From NCBI RefSeq assembly GCF_030028105.1, contig NC_092377.1:5089079-5153078 (forward strand): a stretch of 64,000 nucleotides of DNA. Reading direction: 5' to 3'. This stretch comes from Mobula birostris. Lineage: Eukaryota. A program made the translations under genes and the position numbers. How positions within the stretch are numbered: the stretch's first letter is position 1; each line of letters starts with the position of its first letter. The notes under the pieces are model-generated. The model worked only from the letters and a program-made list of their open reading frames with translations, was not told the origin of the DNA and searched no databases. Shown here piece after piece: positions 25,835 to 38,764 of the stretch.

Positions 25835-26520
25835 GAACATATGAACATACGAAATAGGAGCAGGAGAAGGCCATCCGGCCCATCGAGCCTGCCCCGCCAT
25901 GGCTGATCTGTCCGTAAACTCAGCTCCATCTACCTACCTTTTCCCCATGACCCTTAATTCCCTTACTATGTAAAAACCTATCTAACTGTTTCTTGAATAT
26001 ATTTAGTGAAGAAGCCTCAACTGCTTCCCTGGGCAGAGAATTCCACAGATTCACACTCTCTGGGGAAAATATTTTCTCCTCATCTCCGTCCTAAATCTTC
26101 TCGCCTGAATCTTGAGGCAATGTCCCCTAGTTCTAGTCTCACCTACCAATGGAAACAACTTTCCTAGTTCTATCTTATCTATCCCTTTAAAAAGTTTGTA
26201 TGTTTCTATAAGATCCTCTCTCATTCTTCTGAATTCCAGAGAGCATTGTCCCAGGCGACTCAATCTTTCCCCATAGGTTAACCTTTCCATCCCTGGAGTC
26301 AACCTGGTGAACCTCCTCTGCACTGCCTCCAAAGCCAATATATCCTTCCTCCAAGTATGGAGACCAGAACTGTACACAGTACTCTAGGTGCATCCTCACC
26401 AGTACCCTGTATAGTTGCAGCATGATCTCCCTGCTCTTGAATTCAATCCCTCTAGCAATGAAGGCCAACATTCCGTTCGCTTTCTTAATAACCTGTTGTA
26501 CCTGCAAGACAACTTTTTGC
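25835..26520 (-). mobile_element. CR1 3' end
   Basis: ORFs 26051-26507 (VIKKANGMLAFI, LYRVLVRMHLEYC, TRGHCLKI). Confidence 0.87.
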
Positions 26521-26869
26521 CATTGTAAACAATAAATGGTCCACTGTCCTATTGATGAAACATCAGTGGTGACAGGATATTCATTAGTCTCACAGACTGA
26601 GGGAAGAAGCTGTTACCCAGTCTGACAGTCCAGGTCCTGATGCTCCTGCACATCCTTCCTGACGGCAGTGATACAGAGATTGTGGGATGGGTGGTGGGGG
26701 CCCCCAACAGAGCTTCAGGCCCTTTGTCCACAATGGTCCTGGTAAATAGTGGGGATGGAAATCTGGATGGTCCTCATCACTCTGTGTGGAAGACCTCAGA
26801 TCTTCTTTAAATCTCCCCACTCTGAGGCAGCTTGTACATGTAGCAGACATTCAGAAGGCAAATGACATG

Positions 26870-27245
26870 TTGACCTTTATTGCAAGCAATCTACATACGA
26901 TAGACCTTCCCACGATACACAGTCATGGTGAGAGCAGACCTGTGGGGTCCTGACATAACAAAGGGGACAGTTGCTATGGAGACAGTGCAGTGAAGTTTCT
27001 CTTTGCTTCTCCTCACCGAACTTCCCCGCACCATCCCTGGTTCCTACACGTACAGAGAATAACAAGACTCCCATTAGTTAGTCTTCCCATTATCATTAGT
27101 TATAACCCAAACATTTCAGCTACAGAGAACATTACCTCATAGTTAACATTACAGAGAAGACATTTCATTATAACACTTCAGAGAAGCCATTTTATTATTA
27201 GCAGTTAACAGTTAACATTACAGTTAATATACTGAGAACCCTACA
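26870..27245. mobile_element. LTR fragment related to 3270-3947
   Basis: Shares AGTTATAACCCAAACAT...GCAGTTAACATTAC...GAGAACCCTACA end. Confidence 0.7.
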
Positions 27246-27914
27246 GAAGTTTCACAGAACAGGTTCCCCAGATGGTGGCTCTGTGAGGAGAGGAGGAGTT
27301 GAACATTCTGATTAAAATGATTTATTTATTTGTCACATGTAAATTGAAACATACAGTGAAATACATTGCCTGTATCAAATCAAATCAACAAGGACTGTGC
27401 TGGGCAAATGTCCCCATGTTTCCATCACCAACATATCACACCCACAGCTCACTAACCCTAACTGTACGTCTTCGGTATGTGGGAGGAAAGCCACACGGTT
27501 GCAGGGAGAACGTACAAACTCCTCACAGACAGTGGTGGGAAGTGAACCCCAATCTCACAGCCGGCACTGTAAATCATTGCGCCGACCAGTACTCGACAGT
27601 GCTGCCCTCTGGGATTGTCATGAGGCCTTCGATGGTCAGAGTCGACCATGGATGTTGTGTCCCAACTCTCTATGCTATTGGTGTCGTGCCAACGATACAC
27701 AAACCAATATGCAAGCAGGTCAGCGTGACACGGAGAGCGAGCTGCTACCCGTGTATCAGTCTGCCCGTCTCCACACATTATGTACACATTGTACAAAATG
27801 CCTTGGGATTCCCTTTAAACCTTCTTGTCAAAGACTTTTCATGGCCCTTCCTGGCTCTCTTCCCCTTCTTGAATTCTTCTCAGGCTCCTTTATAATTCTC
27901 GAGGTCATCTGTTA

Positions 27915-29330
27915 GATGTTAGCTCCTTGCCCATGATGTACTGGGTTGAATCCATTACCTTTTGTAGGATTTTCCTTTCAAAGGCATTGGTGTTATACCA
28001 GACCATTATATAGCCTGTCAATATACTCTCCACTACACATCTACAGAAGTTTCCCAAAGTTTTTGATGTTATGCCAAATCTCTGCAGCCTCCTAAGGAAG
28101 TAGAGATGCAGCCATACTTTCCTCACAAATGCACTTAATGTGATTGGTCCAGGACAGGTCCTCCGAAATGATAACACCAAGGAGCTTAAAGTTGCTAACC
28201 ATCTCCTCCTCTGACTCTCCGCTGAGGACTGGCTCATGGACTTCTGGTTTCCCTGGCCTGAAGGCTACAGTCAGTTCCTTCGTCTTGCTGACATTGAGTG
28301 AGAGGTTGTTGTTATGACACCACTGAATCAGATTTTCAATCTCCCTCCTGTATTCTGATTCACCACGTTTGATATGGTCCACAAGAGAGATGTCATCAGC
28401 AGAACTGAATATGGTACTGGAGCTGTGCTTAACCACACAGTCACAGTGTAAAGCAAGCAGAACAGGGGGCCAAGTACACTCAAGGAGGAGGTGTTTTTGC
28501 CAATCTGAACTGATTGGAGTCTAGAAATGGGGAAATCTAATTGCAAAAGCTGGTTGTGAGGCTAAGGGTTGGAGCTTATTGATTAGTTTTGAAGGGATGG
28601 TGGTATTAAATGCTGAGCTGTAATTGATAAAGTGTGTGCTGACGTATGCATCTTTGCTGTCTGAATGTTCCAGGGTTGTGTGATGAGCCAGAGACAGCAT
28701 CTGCTCTGGACATGTTGCTCCTGTCAAAACACTTCATCACTGTGGATATAGATGTATCTAGGTGGTAGTTACTGAGACAGGTCAGCACTCTCTTCTTGGG
28801 CAGTGATATAACTGAAGCTGCTTGAAGCAGGTGGATACCACTTGCTGCTGAAGCAAGAGGTTAAAGATATCAGTGAACACACCAGCCAGTTGGTCACACA
28901 GGTCTTCAGTACGTGGCCAGGTACCCCGTCCAGTCCAGATGCTTTATTTGGATTTACTCTCCTGAAGGCTGCCTGCACATCAGCTGCAGATACTGAAATC
29001 AAAGGAACATAAGGAGGTGTGACAGTTAGCATGTACTGATGGCCAAAGTGGGCACGGAAGGCATTGAGCTCACCTGGAAGTGAAGCCCCAGTGTACCCCA
29101 CCTTGCTTGATTTAACTTTGTGGGAAATTATGGCATTCACACCTTGTCAAGCATCCCTCGATGATTTCAGTTTGCTCCGGAATTTTGCTTTGCCCGAGAG
29201 ATCACTTTCCAGAGATCATATTTGCTCCTCTTGCAGCTTCCTTGGTGTCCAGACTTAAATGTATCTAATCTGGCCCTCAGCAAATTTCAGATTTCATGGT
29301 TCATCCAGAACTTCTGACTGGGGAAGACTC
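27915..29330 (-). mobile_element. Rex1/Babar-clade LINE, RT and C-terminal part
   Basis: NYSSAFNTTIPSKL, FSSADDISLV, LNVSKTKEL, LYFLRRLQRFG..ESILTGYIMVW. Confidence 0.85.
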
Positions 29331-29338
29331 TGAACTAT

Positions 29339-29857
29339 TGAAACCCTGTTGGTTTCCTTGGCTGTGTAAGTCTAGGGCAGACACACTCCGATCCTGCCAA
29401 ACCTGTGAGATTGAGACATCTCTCCCATCCAAAGCCCGGTTTGTGTGGACGCTGTGTAATTTGCTACTCTGTTACAGCTCAGTGCCAAGAAACAACAGAC
29501 AGCACACTGCGTATGATTAAAGGAATTATATTTATGAATCTTAACTAGAAGGATAGTAAAGAAAATAAAGAAAAAAAACAAAAAGGGCCCTTTGTAATTA
29601 AACAGTTAAACGTGAACCAGTTGGAGCTCAGTTCAACGATCCTCAGTCAATCTCGGCATCTGGCTCCATCGAGGCACAATCTCCCCGCTGGATTATATCC
29701 TAAAACAGTTTTCTCCAGCGTCTTGTCTGTTCATCTCCCGCTGAACAAAGGACCCAGCTCACATTCCAAACCACCTGTTATCTCTCACCATTACCCAACC
29801 ACTGCTTCCACAGAAAGACCATTACATTGGCAGTGAAATCTTTCTCAGGGTATAACA
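29339..29857. mobile_element. Solo LTR (TG...CA) nested in Rex element
   Basis: 4-bp TSD CTAT (29335-29338, 29858-29861); similar to 3270-3470 and 9236-9420. Confidence 0.75.
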
Positions 29858-30379
29858 CTATTTACCGGGGACACACCCATCTTCAGCTATTTTAATAAAG
29901 TCTGTTACAACCCTGATGTATTCGATCCACAGATGAGTGCTTGAACATGGGTAAAGCTCTTCCAACCAATGAGCACGTCTACTGTATATGATAGGCTGTT
30001 GTAGGAAAGCGGCATCCATCATCAGAGATCCTCACCATCTAGGCCATGCTCTTTTTTCTCTCCTTGCTGCCATCAGGTATAAGATACAAGAGACTCAGGC
30101 CACGGACCATCAGGTTGAAAAACAGTTACCATCCCTCAGTCATCAGGCTTTTGATAAAAGGGAGTAACTACACTCACTTGCCCATACTGAGATGCTCTAA
30201 CAACCAGTGATCTCACCTTAAGGACTCTTTATCTTGTTATTTCATGTTCTTGTTATTTATTACTGTTTATTTATATTTGCATGTGTTTCCTTCTGCACTC
30301 TACTTGATCTTTCATTAATCCTGTTGTAGTGACTATGCAATCGATTTGTTGAGTATGCCCACAGGAGGTGAATCTCAGG

Positions 30380-30880
30380 CCATGATGAGACTAAACTCAG
30401 GTTGGAGGAGCAACATCTCATATACCGTCTAGGTAGTCTCCAGCCCCTTGGTATGAACATACAATTCTCCAACTTCCGGTAATTATCTCCCCCTCCCTTT
30501 CCCTATCCCTATTTCACTCTGCCCCCTCCCCCAGCTGCCTCTCACCTCCCTCATGGTTCCGCCTCCTTCTACTACCCATTGTGTTTTCCCCTATTCCTTC
30601 TTCACCTTTCCTGCCTATCCCCTCCCTGCTTCCCCTCCCCCACCCCTTTATCTTTCCCCTTACTGGATTTTCACCTGGAACCTACCAGCCTTCTCCTTCC
30701 CACCCTCCCCCACCTTCTTTATAGAGCCTCTGCCCCTTCCCCCTACAGTCCTGACGAAGGGTTCCGGCCTGAAATGTTGATTCATCGTTTCCACGGATGC
30801 TGCCCGACCTGCTGAGTTCCTCTAGCGTGTTGTGAGTGTTGCTTTGCCCCAGCATCTGCAGAGTACTTTGTGTTTAGTGA
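30380..30880 (+). mobile_element. Penelope-like element 3' end (GIY-YIG C-terminus + terminal repeat)
   Basis: Encodes KLRLEEQHLIYRLGSLQPLGMNIQFSNFR*, followed by pyrimidine tract and CTGACGAAGGGTTCCGGCC..GATGCTGCCCGACCTGCTGAG. Confidence 0.75.
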
Positions 30881-32385
30881 ATCTCAGGTTTGTATGTAGT
30901 GACACATATGTACTCTAATAATAAAATTCACTTTGAATCTTGAACTTAAACCATAAATACACTTCCTCTTTCTGACTAACTTCACCACTTCTCTGAATAT
31001 CCATGGTTCTCTTAAATTTCCAACCTTGTCCTTCCTCCTTACTAGAACGTCCCTGTCCTGTACTCTGTGCAGTTGGTCATTAAACACCCTCCACACGTCA
31101 GATGTGGACTTGCCCAAAAACAGCTTTTCCCAATTAATTTTTCCAAGATCTTTCCTAATGGTCTCGTAACCTGCCCTTCTGTGGTTCAATACTCTGTCAC
31201 AAGTTTCATGCTCATCGTCGTCGATAGTTCTGTTAAAACTTGGAGTTGTGGTCTCTGTACCCTAACCGCTCACCAACTGAAATGTCAGTCACCTGGCCAG
31301 CTCATTACCCAAAACAGATGCAGTGCAGCCCCTCCTCTTGATGGACTAACCTTGGAAAACCATCCTGCAGACAGCTCATAGATTTTAATCAGTGGTCTTC
31401 ATCACTCACGATGGACACGTGCTCACACACCACTACAACCACTCAATAGTCCGAGGGATTTAAGGGAACAAACTTGAACAGAGCTAACTGACAGCTGCAA
31501 AAAACATAAGGTTATTTTCGGAGGTGATTTTAAGTATCCACATACAGACTTGGAACCCTACACTGTTAAGAGGACTAGATGGGATAAAGTTTGTCAAATG
31601 CTGGAGGCCTTGAAGACGTTCTAATCCAGGGAGATGTTGAAGATGTCAGTGAGAACATCTGCTAGATGAGCTGCACAGTCTCTGAGCAGACAAACAGGTA
31701 TGTTGTCAGGCCCTGCAGCTTTACTGGGATCTTCCTCACATCAGCTGTGGCCAGATAGAATGCCCGCTCCTCGAAGAGAGGGGGTGCCTGTCTCATCCGC
31801 ATGTTGTGTGGTGCATCAAATGTTTCCACATAGATGATGCTCACACTGTCAGAGAGGCATCTCAGTCATTGACATCAAGGTGCTCTAATATCTCATTGTG
31901 AACTAAATCCAGAGATTACTACCCCTGAGATCCTGCTTTCCAGTTTCCTTCCTAACTCCCTGGAGAATAATTATCAGCAATGCCAGTGGCATCAACATCC
32001 TGGGAATGGAGAAATACTTTTCAGTTTCCTTCCGAACTCCCGATATTGGCTGTTCAGTTCAAGTTCAATTGTCATTCACTCACACACATGAAAATGGCCA
32101 AATGAAACCGTGTTCCTCTGGGGCCAAGGCACAGAACACAGTACCAACAGCACACAGCACATATAGTCATGGTAGCAGAACAACATACAGTCCAATATAG
32201 CCCAAGTCCCTGAGAGGCATAACCTGTAGATTGATGGTCCTAGTCCAGCTTGTCTTCCACTGGACTGATCCTGTTTCACAACTATGTTGGTATCAATATT
32301 TACCACAATTATCCCACTTCAGAATGCTGTGGATCTGATCTGAAACATCTCTGATGCTGGCATCTTAGAGGCAACACACTTTTTT

Positions 32386-32602
32386 GATGAGTTTGCTTGA
32401 AGTGAAGGTGTAATTAATTCTGAGCAGAAGGTTGGAAGGGCTGGTTTGTGTGTGTGGAAGGAGGCAAGGAAAAATGGGATGAGTAGTGTGGACGTGTAGC
32501 ATTTAGGCAGGGCATGTTCACATGGCCCTTTAGGAAGCAGGTGTTGTTGTACAAAGAGGCTGGGAGATCTGTCCCAACCTGGTGTGAAAGGTTAAACCCT
32601 AG
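32386..32602. promoter_or_regulatory. Duplicated non-coding segment (paralog 53531-53747) with Ets+E-box composite GGAAGCAGGTG
   Basis: Colinear with 53531-53747 in direct orientation; motif at 32533-32543 and 53682-53692. Confidence 0.4.
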
Positions 32603-34320
32603 GAATAAAAGGATCCTTTTTGGACTGGTTGCCAGTGACTAGTGATGCTCCAGAGGAGCCTGTGTTTGGACCGTTTCTTTTTATGTTGTATGTCGATGAT
32701 TTGGATGATGAAATTAGATAGCTTTCTGGCTACATTTGCAGATGATATGAAGATAGGTGGAGGGACATATAGTGTTGAGGAAGCAGGGAGACTGCAGAAG
32801 AACTTAGATACATTAGGAGAATGGGCAGATAGGTGGCAGATGGAATATAATGTTGGGAAGTGTGTGGTCATGCACATTGGTAGAAGAAATAAAAGCATAG
32901 ACTATTTCCTCAACAGGGCGAAAATTCAATATTGCAAGGTGCAAAAGAATTTGGAATTCCCTAGAGGTTAATATGTCAGTTCAGTCAATGTTGAAGAAGG
33001 TGAATGAAATGTTTGCATTCATTTCAAAAGGACTAAAATATATAAGCAAGGATGTAATGTTGAAGTTGTATAAGGCACTGGCAAGGCCTTACTTGGAGTA
33101 TTGTGGGTAGTTTGGTGCCACTTATTGAAGAAGGAATAGGCTGTGTCACAAGGGGGCATTGGGAGCGGAATCAAATGCAAGACACAGACACTGAGGTAAT
33201 ATGAACATGACTATGTTTATTAAGAATACTAGGGGAGCCAAGGAGCGAGGACAAAATAACAACGTGGGCGAAGACGTGGAATAATAAATCGGAAAACCTG
33301 GACTTGGACTTGGGACTTGAGCTGGACTGGGAACTCGGGTCTTGGCAGGGACTTGGTACCTGGGTCTTGTCTTGGTTCTTCACTAGAACTCGGATTAGGC
33401 TTAGCTTGGATGCAGACTTGACTGAGAAATCAAGACATGACTCGGAACTCAGGTCTTGGCAGGGACTCGGTCCCTGGGTCTTGTCTTGGCTTGACTTAGA
33501 ACCCAGGCTTGGCTTGACCAGGAACTTGGGTTGACTTGACCAGGAACTCGGGCTCGAGCTCAGACTCCGACTTGATTAGACTTGGACTCTTCTTGGACGC
33601 AGAACCGGGACTCAACCTTGGACACAGGACACCGAGCTGGGACTCTTCTTGGACACAGGGCCAGGACCCTTCTTAGACATAGGGCCGGGACCCTTCTTGG
33701 TATGAGTTTCTGATGCCGAGCTTCTTGATGTGAGTTTCGGGTGCTGAGCTTCTGGGTATGGGTTCTGACAGGGATTGTAACGGGGATGGTCCTGCAAAGG
33801 AATAGCTGTACCCCTGAGCTATTTATGTTGCAAGCCCGAAATGAGGATCAGCTGCCTCAATCAAGACGCCCAACGGAAAAAGGGGAAAAATGAATAACCA
33901 GAATACAGAATCCACGGACCGGACCGTGGCAGTCTGAGGTTAGAGAGGGTTCTGAAATGGTTCCAGACAATTATTCTTGGGATAAAAGGGTTATCATATC
34001 AGCTATAATTGAAGACTCTTCACCCAGCGTTTAGAAGAATGAGGGTGGATATCTCTGAAACCTATCAAATGTTGAAATGTCTATATAGACTGGATGTGAA
34101 GTGAATGTTTCCTTTGGTGGGAGAGTCTAGGACAAGAGGGCAGAGCTTCAAACTAGAGGGATGTCCATTTAGAACAGATATGAGGAGGAATTTCTTTAGT
34201 CATAGTGTGGTGAATCTAAGGAATTAATTGCCACGGACGGCTGTGGAAGTCAAGTCATTAGGAGTATTTAAGACAGAGGTTGATAGGTTCTTGATTAGTC
34301 AGGTCATGAAGGGATAAGCC
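32603..34320 (+). mobile_element. CR1 RT C-terminal half interrupted by solo LTR
   Basis: FADDMKIGG, WQMEYNVGKC; resumes after 33931 to 3' end. Confidence 0.85.
33144..33931 (-). mobile_element. Solo LTR, antisense
   Basis: Termini TGCCACGGTCCGG...TGTGACA on minus strand; TSD GGCTG/GTCTG (one mismatch). Confidence 0.82.
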
Positions 34321-34344
34321 AGGAAAATATGTTTGATTAGATTA

Positions 34345-35005
34345 TGAGGACACTCAGTCCTCGTTTATTGTCATTTAGAAATGCATGCATTAAAAAATGA
34401 TACAACGTTCTTCCAGAATGATATCATAAGAAAAACACAGGACAAACGAAGACTAAAACTTACAAACCACATAATTATAACATATAGTTACAACAGTGCA
34501 AAGCAATACCGTAATTTGATGAAGTGCAGACCATGGGCATGGTAAAAAAAAAGTCTCAATGTCTCAATCGACTCATCATCTCAAGCAGGCCGCAGAAGAG
34601 AGAAACTCTCCCTGCCATGAACCTCCAAGTGCCGCAAACTTGCCGATGAAGCACCATTGGAAGCACCTGATCGCAGCGGACTCAGAGTCTATCCGAAAAC
34701 TTCGAGCCTCCGATCAGCCCCTCCGTCACAGCCTCTCCGAGCACCATCCTCTGCCGAGCACTTCGACTTCGCCCCGGCCATCGAGCAACAAGCAAAACCG
34801 AGGACTCGGGGCCTTCCCCCCGGAGATTCTGGACCACACATTAGCAGCAGCAGTGAAGCAGGCATTTCAGAAGTTTCACCAGATGTTCCTCCGTGCTCTC
34901 ACATCTGCCTCTATCAAATCAGGATTGTGCACGGCACCCTACTTGACAAATAACAGACATCACCATCGGAGTGGCCGCTGCGAGCTGCGTCGCGCCGCCA
35001 TCTTC
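34345..35005 (-). mobile_element. Unclassified CpG-rich ~660-bp interspersed element (LINE-derived/SINE-like)
   Basis: Minus strand starts GAAGATGGCGGCGCG, ends AATAAACGAGGACTGAGTGTCCTC; splits a CR1 tail. Confidence 0.5.
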
Positions 35006-35950
35006 TCCTCCCCCCTGAGAAGGAAATGGATCAGCCATGATGAAATGGTGAGCAGACTTGATTGGATAAATGGACGAAATTTTGCTCCTGTATATTACAG
35101 TCTTTGGTTAGTACACAGGAAAGGATGCAGAAGTAATTATCAAAAACATTTATGGACTCATGCAGAGGGCTCAAATTACAAACAGAATCAGGATACACTG
35201 GGCTATTTATTGCTGTAGTGAAAGAGTCTGATGTGACCGGAGACATGTCTTAGATCATGGGGGAGCTAGACAAATTTTACCGTTTGCTCAATTTGTTCTT
35301 TTCTCACACATTAAGTATTTAATGTTTTTTTTTGAACGGATTCCATGTTGTTTTGTTGTTCAGTGACTGCCTGTGGGAAGATGAATCTCAGAGTTGTATT
35401 CTGTGTACACATGTTAATAATAAATATACTTTGAATCTTTAATATGGTGGGTGGTCCGAGTCCTTTTTGCAGGGAAGGGGAATCTAAACGAAAGGGTGTA
35501 GGTTTAAGATGGCGGGGGGAAGACTGAACGGGGCCCAGAGGGACATGTTTTCCATAGAGAGGGTGGTGTGTATACGGATCGAGCTGTCAGAGGAAGTGGT
35601 AGAGGGGGTACAAGTACAACATTTGAAATATATGACAACAAGAACGTGGACTGTAAACTTTAGAAGGATTATGGACTCAACACAGGGAAATAGGACCAGG
35701 CCAGAGAAACATCTTGGTCAGCAGGGACACGTTGGGCAGAACGGCCCATTTCCGTGATGTATAATTTCATGACTCTGTGACCCTCAGCCCCCGTTTGTTC
35801 TTCAGGCCTGTCTCCAACCCACTGTTCAGCCCGTCAGCACATCAGTGCCATTTGGTCACAATTGGGTCTATATCACCAACTAGATTAATACTGACGTGAT
35901 ATCCCCTGGGTCCGGCTCTTTTCTGACCTTCAGTTGTTTACTGCCCACAG

Positions 35951-36318
35951 GTGTAAATGCAGAGACAGTCCTGATCCAATCGCCAGGAGTTGTGAAGGAG
36001 CGTGAAGCTGGAACAGTGCTGATACAGTGTGTCCCAGATATGAGCAATATGAATATCATGGTGATCAATTTGTATATCACTAGTGCAAGTGATGTCATAA
36101 ACCAATAGATAAAGGAATAGGAATAGTCCTTAGTCTTTATAGTAATGACCAAGTTTACAGAACATGGGACTTCTCCAATCGATTTCAGCTTTCCAGGAAC
36201 GTCACCACTAACAGCTACTCACTGACCACCAGCAACGGGAAGCTCACCGACTCTAGACTTTACATCTGTGGCATTTGGGGGTCGGTCTTTGGAAAGGGAA
36301 CCCAGCTGAATGTGACCA
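35951..36318 (+). pseudogene. Germline V-J-joined IgV exon, paralog of V1 (52241-52603), frameshifted
   Basis: Acceptor CCCACAG, GVNAETVLIQSPG..C, then -1 frameshift, Trp TGG->TAG, TGA, 6-nt duplication; ends DSRLYICGIWGSVFGKGTQLNVT + GTGAGT donor. Confidence 0.88.
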
Positions 36319-37730
36319 GTGAGTACTTCATGTTGGTTCTGTTTTCCAGTCACGTCCCTGCATCAATGAGTACTGATGATACTGTATGTTCAGTTTCACA
36401 GAAACAGGCGTTTTCTCTCTCCCTCCTTTCTTAAGAAGTGGGATAAAATTAGCTACCCTCCAATCCTCAGGAACTGATCCTGAAACTATAGAACATTGGA
36501 AAATGATTACCAATGCATCCATGATTTCTAGTGCCATCTCCTTAAGTACCCTGGGATGCAGACCATCAGGCCCTGGGGATTTATCAGCCTTCAGTCCCAT
36601 CAGTCTACCCAACACCATTTTCTGCCTAATATGAATTTCCTTCAGTTCCCCCATTACCCAAGGATTTCCTCAATTGTTCATCCTGGGTCAGTAACTGTGA
36701 ATTACACAGCCCCAGATCTCTGTACCTCACCCACGTGGTTTGACTTCAGTCTCCTGCTGAGCAAAGAGATTTATCCTTGAGCCCACCCAGGGACGCCAAT
36801 TCTGCTACATGACTGGTCAGCATGGACTAGATGGGCTGAAGGTTCACAGATTCGCTGTATTACTCTGTGAATCTATTTGTTCTGCTGTCAGTGTGAACAG
36901 GCTCAGGGAGTTTGACAATGTGTGTGCTGATGTGTAAAAGTCAAAACTGCAATAATACATCAAACAGGAGAAGGTAATGGAACATCAGCACTAACCACTG
37001 GAATATTTCTACCTGCCAAGGAATTGATTGTAGATTTCAGATAGGGTAAGACAAGGGAACACACTCACTAGTCCTCATAGAGGGAGCAGAAGTGGAAAGA
37101 GTGAGCAATTTCAAGTTCCTGGGTGTCAACATCTCTGAGGAGCTATCCTGGGTCCAACGTTTCGATGCAGTTACCAAGAAGACATGGCAGCAGAACTGCA
37201 TGACTGCATGGCATTTCCTTTGGAGTTTGAGGAGCTTTGTATGTCACCAAAAACACTCTCACCATTGACGGGGCAGAAATGCATCCTCCCACCTCGTTTG
37301 AGTGGGATGTTGGACCAACAGCGGCCTCTGGTGGTTGTTATGCTACATGACAAACACTTCCCTTCTACCAGAGCCACACACACCAAGCAGGAGCTCAGCG
37401 TTCAGGCAGCCTCGGAGGAGAGAAACGGACAGTCGACGTTTCAGGTCGAGACCTTTCCTCACAGAGCACATTGCCTTCAATATCTGGGCAATTCACCATG
37501 TGAGAATAGAGAATACAATATTAATGAAGAATCTGAATGGGAGAAGGGAGGAAGTGTTTAAGAGGAAGATCTAATGAGTAGGATCTAAGAGTATTTTGAA
37601 TTGCTGCTGCTGTTGTTGGTAAAACACAAACATCTAAAACACAGCAAGAAGGGAGAGAATGTGGAGCTGTGCAATGTAAGGAACTATGATATACTGGTTG
37701 CATCTCAGTGTCATGTGCTGTCTGAAGTGT

Positions 37731-38748
37731 CTTCTTCATGTGCCTTGTGCGTTACACGCTTGGACAATCATGGCTTTCCACTTCGGATGATCCCACGCAG
37801 CGTCAATGATATCTTGCGCACTTAGATCTGTTAGCTCCTTCACAGTGTCCATATATTTTCTTCTTTGCCTTCCTCTTTCGCGTTTCCCAGGTATATGGCT
37901 GGTAATGTAAGGCATTCTATTTCTCCCTTTCTGATGACATGGCCCAGGAATTTAAGTTTCCTCTCACTTCATGTGCTCATTAAAGATCTTTTTGTATGGG
38001 CAAGTTGGAGTACTGTCTCATTAGTTACCAATCTCTATATAATATTTTCAGCATTCTTCTAAGAAACCACCTTTCTGTTGCTTCTAAGTTTCTTTGGAGT
38101 TCTGGTGTTACAGTCCATGTTTCGGAAGCATACAGCAGGATTGACCAGATGTAACATTTTAGTAGCCTAAGCCTTATTGTCATAGAAATGTGTCTGTTGG
38201 TAAAAATGGGTTTCATGTTTCGGAAGTTGGTTTTAGCAATGGCAATTCTTCTTTTTATTTCTACTTCTAGCATCTTGTGATATAAAGCTACCAAGGTAGT
38301 TAAAGCTATTCAATTTATTCAGTCTCTTGGTTACCCATGTAGAATTAGCAGTTAGGAGTATCCTGCTCTTTTGATATGACCATACACTTGGAGTTTTTAC
38401 ATTGATGGTTAGACCAAAATCTGCACCTGTTTGTACTACTTTGTCTGGGAGGATTTGTAGATCTTCTGCAGCACTTGCTATTAGGATGGTATCGTCTGCA
38501 TATCTTATATGTTGATGTTAACACCTCCAATTTTTATCCCATCTAGGTCTTCTATTTCTCTGAGAATCATTTCACTATAGATAATAAATAACTCTGGTGA
38601 GGCAACACATCCCTGTCTTACTCCTCTTTGAATTTTAGTCCAACTGCTTATATTATCATCAATTTTTACCGCAGCCGTTTTGTTCAAATATAAATTTTGA
38701 AGCAGTTGTTGGTCCCTTCTGTCAATGTTTAGTTTAGCAAGAGTTTGA
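37731..38748 (-). mobile_element. RTE-clade LINE, 5'-truncated
   Basis: RGVRQGCVASPELF, KRRIAIAKTNF, SILLYASETWT; GAAGAAGA tail; perfect 11-bp TSD GTCTGAAGTGT (37720-37730, 38749-38759). Confidence 0.92.
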
Positions 38749-38764
38749 GTCTGAAGTGTAAACA

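Noticed and set aside
27299-27915. Two overlapping 172-198-aa ORFs
   Set aside because: Span a SINE/LINE tail and repeat junctions; no motifs or splice support
34559-35218. 219-aa plus-strand ORF as a gene
   Set aside because: Antisense read-through of a GC-rich repeat into a CR1 tail; no recognisable domain
36660-36830. Possible downstream exon for the pseudo-V at 35951
   Set aside because: No frame resembles V2, TM or tail exons; splice signals unconvincing
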